From: Podarcis bocagei
Taxonomy: Eukaryota
NCBI GenBank assembly: GCA_964188305.1
Contig: OZ076896.1
Reading direction: 5' to 3' (one strand)
DNA length: 64,000 bases
Shown here one piece after another: positions 1-9,214 of the stretch. Numbering within the stretch: position 1 is the first letter of the stretch; each line of letters starts with the position of its first letter. Both the position numbers and the translations under genes were made by a program. The notes beneath the pieces are model-generated. The model had not been told where the DNA came from, searched no databases, and was given only the letters and a program-made list of their open reading frames with translations.

Positions 1-465
1 TTTTCATAAAACGATGGCTAAATCCCTAGGTGCATATGGTGAACTTGGAGGTATCTGTGGCTAGTCAGAGTGAAGTGGGATCTCTACAAGGTGGCCCAAG
101 TCAATGCAAGGTTCCTGGTTGACCCTTGGTGATCTAGGCATTAAAAAATGCTGCAGACAAGAGTAATACTGTATATCTAAGTCTATTTGGTAATCTGGCA
201 CTGGCCACAGGCCTGTTCCAGCAGCCTCTTTCCTATGTTCCTAATTGTTTTCTATTGCTTTAAAATGTGGATTTATTTGGTATTATTTGCATATATTGGT
301 GATTTTAAAAGAATAATGCTCTAAAGCACTTTTGGCAAAATATTAAGGGGTATATAAATTACCAGGAAAAAATAATAGCCCATAATCTTAATGAGGCTTC
401 TTTCCTTCTTCCCTTTCTACCTGTGTACTTTCATATGGACTTTGATTCTTCATCCTTCATTTTGG

Positions 466-729
466 AATGACCGCTCCCCGCTTAAAATGGGGGGCGCCCT
501 TTGCGTGGACGCGTGCAGCCCCTAGATCTGGAGCGGCTCCAACAGCATAGGCTTGGCTTTGCCTTCCCTCAGGTGGGATACCTGGAGGTCTCCACCTACC
601 TCAGTCAGTTGTCCAATCCCACCTGGGGGAAGCGTTGCCAAGGAGACCAGGCCAGGTAGGGGAGGGATTACCTGCCCACACAATAGAGGGAGGATCTTAC
701 CTAGGAATCCACACTTGGCTCCAGAGCTT
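466..729 (+). repeat. Ngaro split direct repeat A1
   Basis: Identical by eye to 7751-8014 (aatgaccgctcccc...ccagagctt). Confidence 0.95.
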
Positions 730-1164
730 ATCCAGGAAGGACGTTGCTGGACTTCCTCGCTCCAAAAGGTAAGCCTGGGCCTTTGCCCCCCCCCCCACTA
801 GAGGGATCCCAAGGGATAACGGGGGGTAATGGACTGCTGGATACCCCTTCAAAAGGGGATCCTTTTTCTTAGGTGGGCCCTGATGCCCCGGGGTGTTGAG
901 TGGTGGCACGGGGGCCCCTCTAGCTGCCCCCCCATGCCTGCGGGGGCGTGTGGGCCGCGGGGGGGGGGGAGGCAACGCCACGCGCGGCCCCTTCCCTTCC
1001 CCCGCCAGGCCTGGCGGCCCTGGGGTGCGGCGGGTGGTGGAGGGGGGGTCCCCGGTCCCCTCCCAGGGCCTTGGTGGCCCCCAGACGGCCTTTTTTTAGG
1101 CCGCAGGGAGGCCCGCGGCGTTTCGTGAGGCCTTACTAGGCCTCGGGGGGGGCTCCTCCGTGTC

Positions 1165-2030
1165 CCCCAGCCCTGGAGCCTCCCCCGGGCGGCGGGGGCC
1201 TTCCCGCCGCCCCCGTGATCGCCGGGGGGGCCGCGGGCCCCGCCGCGCGGCCTCCCCCGGCTCCGGAGGGCTGCCTGGGCCGCAGGGAGGCCTGGCTGGG
1301 CCTCGGCGAGGCCTTGCCGCATTTTGCGGCCTAGCCGGGCCTCCGGCGGCCTTGGGGCCTTTGCTGGGCGGCGGGGGCCTTCCCGCCGCCCCCGTGATCG
1401 CCGGGGGGGCCGCGGGCCCCGCCACGCGGCCTCCCCCGGCTCCGGAGGGCTGCCTGGGCCGCAGGGAGGCCTGGCTGGGCCTCGGCGAGGCCTTGCCGCA
1501 TTTTGCGGCCTAGCCGGGCCTCCGGCGGCCCTGGGGCCTTTCCTGGGCGGCGGGGGCCTTCCCGCCGCCCCCGTGATCGCCGGGGGGGGCCCCGGGCCCC
1601 GCCACGCGACCTCCCCCGGCTCCGGAGGGCTGCCTGGGCCGCAGGGAGGCCTGGCTGGGCCTCGGCGAGGCCTTACCGCATTTTGCGGCCTAGCCGGGCC
1701 TCCGGTGGCCCTGGAGCTTCTCCTGGGTGGTGGGGGCCTTCCCGCCACACCCACAATCGCCGGGGTGGCGGCGCGGGCTGCGGCACGTGCCCTCCCCGGT
1801 TCCGGGAGGCCTAACCGGGCCTCGGAAGGGCTCTGCTGAATAGTGCGGCCTAGCTGGGCCTACAGCGGCTTTGGAGCCTCCCCTGGGTGGCGGGGGCCTT
1901 CCTGCCACCCCCCCATTCCGTGGGGGGGCTGCGGGCCACACCGCATGGCCTTCCCCCACCTTTGGTCAGCCTTAAAGGCCGCAGGGAGGTCCTGCCGCCT
2001 CGCATGGCCTACACCAGGCCTCTGGCGACC
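1165..2030 (+). repeat. GC/CpG-rich tandem repeat, ~179-bp unit, ~4.5-5 copies, in the 5' region of the Ngaro element
   Basis: The ttcccgccgcccccgtgatcgcc motif recurs at 1201, 1380, 1559 and 1739 (degenerate), with a further degenerate copy near 1898. Confidence 0.9.
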
Positions 2031-2643
2031 CTGGAACCTCCCCTGGGGGGGGACCTCTGCAGCCGCTGGGCATACCCGCCTCCCCCCCCAGATGGCCCCA
2101 GGGGACAGTGTGTGCCTCTGCTTGCCCCCCCCATAAACCGTGGTGGGGCCTGCTTAGTGGTGGCCCCAAGTCTGCAGACATTTCAATGGCGATCGCATGG
2201 CAGCAGCCATTGCGCCGGTGGCTACATGGCGGCGGCCATCCTGGATCTGGCTGCAGAGGCGGTCATGCTTCGGTGGTCCTTAGGTGCACCTATGGCCTCA
2301 TCAGGTACGTATTGGTTTTGCATCTCACTATCATAGCTTGCCAGCAGGTGCAGTGGACAGCAGGCATCGCGCTCATTATCGACGAGGGGAGACTACCCAT
2401 GGACCTCAACTGAAATCTGTGCAGTGATTTTCTAAACTATTGCTTGTTTTATTTTGCAGCCTTTAGTAGCGATCCCTGCTGCGACTCAGTCCTTGCCTTA
2501 TCTCCTCCCCTCCCATTATTTGAACCCTTACCTTTATCACTAGTGTGTGTTTGCAAATTGATGGCGGGCATTTTCTACCAATCATTGCCCCCCCCCTTGT
2601 TCTACGGATTCCCTAGCATACCCTACTCTATTAGCCCCACACC

Positions 2644-4100
2644 ATGCCACCAAAGCGTCAGGCTGCTTCTCTGCCCCGCATTAGAAGGGGCACTGTAAGG
2701 GGCGCGTCCACCAAGCCTGCCCAGATACAGGCCACTGGACAGCGTAAGGCGCGTGCGACCAGGGAGGAGCAGCCCAAGAAGACCGCGCCCAAGAGGGAAG
2801 CAGCACCTAGAGGGTCTTCTGGGTCCATAAGCCCACTAGCCATGGCGAGTCACGCCGGCAAGGGCTCGGCTGCCAAGCCGAGATGTACAGAGAGCTCCTC
2901 CTCTACCCGCTCCTGCCTTAGTAGCAGTCCCTCGCACCCGGTGCGTGGAGACAGTAAGGATAGGACCATTGCCCGGCTGAGGCGCCGCCTGGAGCAGCGG
3001 GATTCGCGCACAGGGCGCTCTGGGTCACCTCACAGCCGCAGGCAAGGGCGCAGTAGCAGCTCCGCTGACCGCCGTGTCCAGGAAGGCGCATCACGCTCAT
3101 CATCCCTAAGTCGCACAGATCGCGTCATCGTGGGAGGAAACACCGCAAATCCAGGAGGAGAGCCACAAGTCCAAGAGGGACTCTTCTGGATCATCTAGTT
3201 CCTCAGGTAGGTCCAGCTCCACTGATAGTACACGGGGGGGAGCATCAAAGGCTATTGGGTTACAGGCCCCCACGCCCCAGGGCTGCCGCACTGGGTCTGG
3301 CGGTGCCGCAACCGGAGGCACAGGCGTGAACATGGTGCTATTGCGCTGTGTGGCGAGGAGGGCATTGACTCCAGAGGTAGCATTAGGAAATCCAACTTCA
3401 AAAGAACTGACCAGCCCCCAGGCCTTCGCCTGCGCGAGAAGTTGCGGGAACGCGTCCTTAATGGGGAGTTTGTGGATTTGTTTGATCTGCTATCCCCTGC
3501 CTCTTCGACATGCCTAAAATCTAAATCCGCCAAGCAGAGGAAAAAAGATAAAAAAGTGAGTGTTGAGCGTACCTTTCGTAATTGGCTCACTGCATACACC
3601 ACTTACATGGGTATTATAGTCGCTAGTTATCCTGACAGGGGTTGGCACCTGACCAACTACCTACTTATCATCCTAAAGGCTGAAGCCATGTCTGGGGGGG
3701 GGAGGCGGCACTTGCCTATGACCAGGCATTCAGGGAGCGGGCGGCAGGGGACGACACAGCTAGATGGGATATCGAAGATGATGACGTGTGGTCTGAGTTG
3801 GTTGCCCCATTCTTCAAGAAAGGGTCTGACAATGTGAAACAGTCCAAATACCAATCCAAGGCCCCCAAGAGATCTTGCTGGGAGTATAACAATGGTTCCT
3901 GCTTCAGAGAAAAATGCCGATTTGCTCATGAATGCGAGCGCTGTAGTGGATCTCACCCACCACAAAATGTTTTTTGGGGTAGAAGTTTTTTTTCAAGGCT
4001 CCCGTGGATCAGGCGCAGGCACATCTCAAGACAAAGAGAGGCCGGTGCCTCTACAGGCTCCTCTGGCACACAGCAAAGCAAAAACAATGCCCGCAAATAG
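2644..4100 (+). pseudogene. gag-like ORF1 of Ngaro element, frameshifted
   Basis: Basic Ser/Arg-rich N-terminus (MPPKRQ...), conserved middle block (LNGEFVDLFDLL...FRNWLTAYTTYMGII...YP) and C-terminal zinc fingers CWEYNNGSCFREKCRFAHECERCSGSHP; split over several frames. Confidence 0.85.
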
Positions 4101-5437
4101 TGTTCTCCTTTCCCTAGCCCCCTCACCCGTATCTATATCAGCAATGCTGCCTTTTTACTCCAGTACCCCAATAAAGAGGCAGCAAAATACTTTGAGGAGG
4201 GCTCTAGGGAAGGTTTCCACATCCCAGTGGTAGTCACCCCTTCATGCACCAATCCCCCCAACCAAAAGTCTGTCTGAGATATGCCACACATTGCTGAGAA
4301 GAAGATCACCAAAGAACGTTTGCTGGGGCGAGTGGCAGGTCCCTTCTCAGAACCTCCATTTCCCACCCTCATAGTGTCTCCACCAGGTATCGTGCCTAAG
4401 AAGGCCCCAGGCGAGTTTCAATTAATACACAACCTTTCTTACCCAAAGGGTGGGTCAGTAAATGATGCCAATCCTCAAGAACAATGCTCAGTCAAATATG
4501 CATCTCTTGATCAGGCAATCAGGCTGGTTAGGGAGTGCGGCTCGGGCACGCTCACGGCAAAATGTGACATCGAATCGGCCTTCCGTTTGTTACCAGTCCA
4601 CCCCAGGGACTTCTGGTTGCCAGGTTTCAAATCATATCTGGGTATTGAACTGGATTCTGTCAGCCAAACCTATTTCCTGCCCCTAGCCGAACTCGCCACG
4701 TTGAGGGAATTGGTTACCACCACGATGGCCCAGAAAACGACTACGTTGCGTCAGGTCCAGACACTCTTAGGACACCTCTATTTTGAAGGCAGGGTTATCT
4801 CGCCCGGTTGCGCCTTTTGCGCACGCCTAGCCCGTCTCACGGCTGGTGGTGTTGCCCCCCACCACCACATCAGGGTCACTCATACCATAAGGGAGGACCT
4901 CAAAATGTGGCTGACCTTCCTGAAAAGTTACAATGGGGTATCCTTTTGGCGAGATTGGCCGCTGTTTAAGGAGCAGCTACATGTGCACTCTGACGCCTCT
5001 GGTCGCTCTGGCTTCGGTGTCTACCTCAGGGGTCACTGGCATGCGCAGCCTTGGCCGACATCTTGGCACGCAGAGGGCATTACACGCGATTTAACTTTTC
5101 TTGAGTTCTTTCCAATCCTAGTAGCTCTCCGGGTTTGGGGGACCTTCTCAAGGACACCAAGGTGTGCTTCTGGTCAGACAACCAGGCGGTGGTAAGAATC
5201 ATTGCGAAGCAATCTGCAAAATCCAACAGGGTAATTCGCGTGCTCCGTCTCTTCGTGCTGGAATGTCTGAAAGGTAACATCACCTTTTCCGCGCGGTTCA
5301 TCCCGGGCCTCAATAACGACATTGCAGATGCCCTGTCTCGCTTTCAGATGGAGTGTTTTGGTGACCTAGCACCCGAGGCCAATCAACTCCCAGAAGCCTT
5401 TCCGGAGGACCTCTGGGAACTTGGTCGAGAGAAGTGA
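4088..5437 (+). pseudogene. reverse transcriptase / RNase H of Ngaro element, RT core deleted, frameshifts and a stop
   Basis: RT N-half (GRVAGPF..SPPGIVPKK..LIHNLSYP..KCDIESAFRLLPVHP) joins directly to YLGIELDS with no YLDD. RNase H motifs SDAS, LEFFPI, SDNQAV, NDIADALSR are present, with a frameshift near 5140. Confidence 0.92.
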
Positions 5438-5439
5438 CA

Positions 5440-6332
5440 GCAGGGGTACTGAGCCCCCTTGCACCATCAACATTGCAATCCTACACCGGAGCATGGTCCC
5501 AATTCAAGGGGTTCAGAGATAAGTTTGGTTTACGACGCAGACGTGCAGCTAAGGAGTATGACGTTCTAATAGTTCACCTAAAGCGTAGAGGCATGGCCCC
5601 TTAAGACAATCAGCCTGCACAAGGCTGCTTTCTCATACTTCAGCAACTGTTTTTGGCTCCCAGACCCCTCTTAACAATTTCCACGTAAGGAAGCTTTTTC
5701 AGGGTGGCGTCACTCCCACCCGCCCATTCCAGATAAGAGGAGGACAGTAACCATTGAGATCCTCCGGCTGATATCGGATGTGCTCCCCAGTATCTGCTGG
5801 TCCAACTATGAGGTTAGGCTATTCAGGGCGGCCTTCTCCCTGGCCTTCCTTGGTGCGCTCCGTATCGGAGAGTGCGTTGGGGGCACATTGTCATCTCATC
5901 GCAGGGGCTTGTCTGTGGCTGATATCAACCCTGACAGGCGCATGCTACAAGTCAAAATCCGAGCCTCCAAAACCGATCAACTAGGTAAGGGTACCATGCC
6001 AAGTCTAGCCCCCTCCCCACACACTGGACCATGCCTGGTCGTGGACACGCAAATTCTTGAAGGTACGTCCTCCAGGACCAGGCCCTCCCATTCATGCATC
6101 AGGCCGCCCCATGACCCATTGCCAATTTGTTTCAATATTGCGTAAGGCCATCCATGCTTGTGTAGGCGACCCGGCACAATTTTCTGGGCATTCCTTTTGT
6201 ATCGGTGCAGCAACCATGGCAGCTGCAAGCGGCCTCCCAGCAGAACACATAAAAGCAATGGGGCGGTGGCGTTCAGCTGCCTTCAAAGGCTACATTAGAT
6301 ACAACCAGCAGACACTGACAGATACCATATAA
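5440..6332 (+). pseudogene. tyrosine recombinase of Ngaro element, disrupted
   Basis: LAPSTLQSY..AW N-terminus, AFLGALRIGE (catalytic R), SKTDQ (K), GHSFCIGAAT (HxxR with R changed to C), GRWRS..FKGYIR (W, Y); frameshifts and stops. Confidence 0.92.
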
Positions 6333-6345
6333 TCCTTTCTTTCAG

Positions 6346-7309
6346 GCTCAACCCCCAAACTTCGGCCACAGCATTGTGCATTGGGCGGCCATCCATGCCA
6401 CCACTGGTCCAGGCGGAGAACATCTGGGTCTGCAGCCAAAAATCTCCATTGCCTGGTTCGGACAACGGGGAAGGCGTTGGGATCCCCTGCTCCCTCGGTC
6501 GCGTCATGAACTTGCGTTCCACGGTGGGATGCCCTGCTCCCTCGGTTGCGTCATGAACTTGCGTTCCACGGTGGGATGCCCTGCTCCCTCAGTTGCGTCA
6601 TGAACTTGCGTTCCACGGTGGGAAGCCCTGCTCCCTCGGTTGCGTCACGAACTTGCGTTCCACGGTGGGATGCCCTGCTCCCTCAGTTGCGTCACGAACT
6701 TGCGTTCCATGGTGGGATGCCCTGCTCCCTCGGTTGCGTCATGAACTTGCGTTCCACGGTGGGATGCCCTGCTCCCTCAGTTGCGTCATGAACTTGCGTT
6801 CCACGGTGGGAAGCCCTGCTCCCTCGGTTGCGTCACGAACCTGCGTTCCACGGTGGGATGCCCTGCTCCCTCAGTTGCGTCACGGACTTGCGTTCTGCCA
6901 CCCGCCAAGCGCGGTTGTGCTCCACCTCTGCGAAAATGACTTGGTTGTGCACAAAAGCATAATTTTGATCAAAACAGCGATCGCAGACCTGGAAAGCGTG
7001 CACGCCACTCACCCCAATATCACGATTTTCTGGTACGAACCTCTACCACGCTTGCATTGGCGTGGCAACATCAAACCCACTAGACTTAATTACACTGTGG
7101 AAAAAATCAATAGGGCAGTGCGCTCTGCAACCACTCGCATGGGAGGTCAGGTCATGAAACACCCCAACATTAAAGTTTACATGCAGGAGCTATTTCAGCC
7201 CGATGGCGTGCACCTATCGGACCTGGGTAATGAGCGTTGGCTGAGCGACATCAGGCATGGCCTGATTGATTGGTGGAGGATGGCAAAGGCGTCTTTCAGA
7301 TGTTGGTAG
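6346..7309 (+). pseudogene. SGNH/GDSL hydrolase ORF of Ngaro element, interrupted by a minisatellite
   Basis: Block I FGHSIVHWA, block II WFGQRG, block III VLHLCEND, block V DGVHL. SGNH hydrolase ORFs are known from vertebrate Ngaro-like elements. Confidence 0.85.
6478..6896 (+). repeat. 47-bp minisatellite, ~9 copies, with a 4-unit (188 bp) higher-order repeat
   Basis: Unit tgggatgccctgctccctcggttgcgtcatgaacttgcgttccacgg; the variant pattern of units 2-5 is repeated in units 6-9. Confidence 0.95.
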
Positions 7310-7342
7310 TCTTGGCGGCGAGACCGCAATTGCGGTCTCGGG

Positions 7343-7752
7343 TGGCGGTATCAGGCCTTGGGCGGAATCCTTTTGTCCATCTTCCTCTTGCGGCGGCGAT
7401 ACCAGGGTTCCCCGTTAAAGGGGTTTTCTGAAGGGAGGCTTTGGCCGTACACCGAAAGGTCGTCATTGCTCCCTCCTGCGGCGGCGGCGTTACAGGGGCG
7501 GCCATCTCTGCTTGAACATATGTTCTCCAGAGCCGGCCCATCCCCCACACACACACTGGATAACCCTGATGCTCCCTAGGTCCCCGGCTGGGGACCGGGG
7601 AGGGAGAACGCCCAATGCCTGAGCCAAGGTCTACCCACATTTGAAATTTAATAAAGTTGTGGCCAATTTAATCCCATAGCACGTTGTCTTGAGTCGTTAT
7701 TCACATGACGGGGGGACCGTGCAGGATCTGGGGACTCCGCCTGTCCACGCAA
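7343..7752 (+). repeat. Ngaro split direct repeat B1 (AATAAA at 7650-7655)
   Basis: Matches 8202-8611 with two substitutions seen. Confidence 0.95.
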
Positions 7753-8014
7753 TGACCGCTCCCCGCTTAAAATGGGGGGCGCCCTTTGCGTGGACGCGTG
7801 CAGCCCCTAGATCTGGAGCGGCTCCAACAGCATAGGCTTGGCTTTGCCTTCCCTCAGGTGGGATACCTGGAGGTCTCCACCTACCTCAGTCAGTTGTCCA
7901 ATCCCACCTGGGGGAAGCGTTGCCAAGGAGACCAGGCCAGGTAGGGGAGGGATTACCTGCCCACACAATAGAGGGAGGATCTTACCTAGGAATCCACACT
8001 TGGCTCCAGAGCTT
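7751..8014 (+). repeat. Ngaro split direct repeat A2
   Basis: Copy of 466-729, directly abutting B1 through the shared AA. Confidence 0.95.
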
Positions 8015-8106
8015 CTCCCACCCTACCCACCCTCAGTTAAGGTCTTATTTTGCAGGTTAACTTTTCTTCACAGGTTTTGCAGGTTAACTTTACTTCACAG
8101 GTATGC

Positions 8107-8200
8107 GGGCGCTGCTACGTTAAGGTCGCTGTTAAAGGGCCGGAAAGGAATTTCCCTGCATTGGCAGGTTTCGCCTTTCCCGTAGCAAAACGTCACAACT
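8107..8200 (+). ncRNA. candidate structured cis-RNA element (ENE-like U-rich internal loop) in the A2-B2 spacer
   Basis: tgctacg/cgtagca, ggaaagg/cctttcc and cctgc/gcagg helices flank UUUC/UUUC; covarying homologues lie at 11760-11880(-), 28073-28193(+), 38448-38563(-) and, partially, 46596-46684(-). Confidence 0.6.
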
Positions 8201-8201
8201 T

Positions 8202-8611
8202 TGGCGGTATCAGGCCTTGGGCGGAATCCTTTTGTCCATCTTCCTCTTGCGGCGGCGATACCAGGGTTCCCCGTTAAAGGGGTTTTCTGAAGGGAGGCTT
8301 TGGCCGTACACCGAAAGGTCGTCATTGCTCCCTCCTGCGGCGGCGGCGTTACAGGGGCGGCCATCTCTGCTTGAACATATGTTCTCCAGAGCCGGCCCAT
8401 CCCCCCCACACACACTGGATAACCCTGATGCTCCCTAGGTCCCCGGCTGGGGACCGGGGAGGGAGAACGCCCAATGCCTGAGCCAAGGTCTACCCACATT
8501 TGAAATTTAATAAAGTTGTGGCCAATTTAATCCCATAGCACGTTGTCTTGAGTCGTTATTCACATGATGGGGGGACCGTGCAGGATCTGGGGACTCCGCC
8601 TGTCCACGCAA
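8202..8611 (+). repeat. Ngaro split direct repeat B2 (AATAAA at 8509-8514)
   Basis: Copy of 7343-7752; ends cacgcAA. Confidence 0.95.

Positions 8612-8612
<1 letters not shown>

Positions 8613-8656
<44 letters not shown>
8613..8656. repeat. (TG)n microsatellite
   Basis: Direct reading. Confidence 0.95.
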
Positions 8657-8658
<2 letters not shown>

Positions 8659-9214
8659 CATGCAAGTAAGGGGAGGGAGAAATCTTGGCAAATATAATTT
8701 CTTTAAAAATGAGGGTTATGGCATCCATGGATGTTCTGAAGATGAGGGTATTTAAGCACCTTGATGAAATCCACAGCAGGGGCTGCATTCTTTATTAGTT
8801 AAAATGGTAAAATGTCAGCATGGATTGAAATTAGAATTCTTTCATATCCGCAGTCATCTCAGTTATTCTCCACCCCACTCATAAATACTTGTGAAGTGAA
8901 AATAGCTATTACTCCTGTTAATCTCGGCAGGAAATAGCGTGCTCCTGCTAGTTTACACAATCTGTGTTGGTTGCTGTGAGGCAAAGACAGATGTTGTCAA
9001 AGGAGCAACAGCAGGCATTCCTTTAAGAAGCATCTGCATTAGAACTGCATGATATCCAGACAGCAAAGCCAACAAGTTTCCTTTGCTTTGGGTTCATGCC
9101 ACATCAAATGGGCATAAAGGTTGAATGTGATAAAGTGCTGGAATAAGTAGCTTTACAAACAGCCAATTGAATGTATGTAAGTAAGCAGGAAATTTGAATA
9201 ATGTCCTGGATGGC

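Larger units (their letters stand above)
466..8611 (+). mobile_element. Ngaro-type tyrosine-recombinase (DIRS order) retrotransposon, full structure A1-ORFs-B1-A2-spacer-B2, coding-defective
   Basis: Split direct repeats (A 264 bp x2, B 410 bp x2); ORF order gag, RT/RNaseH, tyrosine recombinase, SGNH hydrolase; no TSD, only an AA core at both ends that matches the internal B1|A2 junction (cacgcAAtgacc). Confidence 0.95.

Noticed and set aside
849-1959. Long overlapping Pro/Gly/Arg-rich ORFs on both strands
   Set aside because: Artefact of the stop-poor GC-rich 179-bp tandem repeat; no domain motifs.
6478-6896. CRISPR-like regular array
   Set aside because: Units are contiguous with no unique spacers, and the context is eukaryotic; it is a minisatellite.
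8107-8200. Hammerhead or HDV ribozyme identity for the structured motif
   Set aside because: No CUGANGA/GAAA core or HDV nested double pseudoknot recognisable by eye.
466-8611. LTR retrotransposon or endogenous retrovirus
   Set aside because: No TG...CA LTRs, TSD or DDE integrase; the repeat order A-B-A-B and the YR indicate Ngaro.
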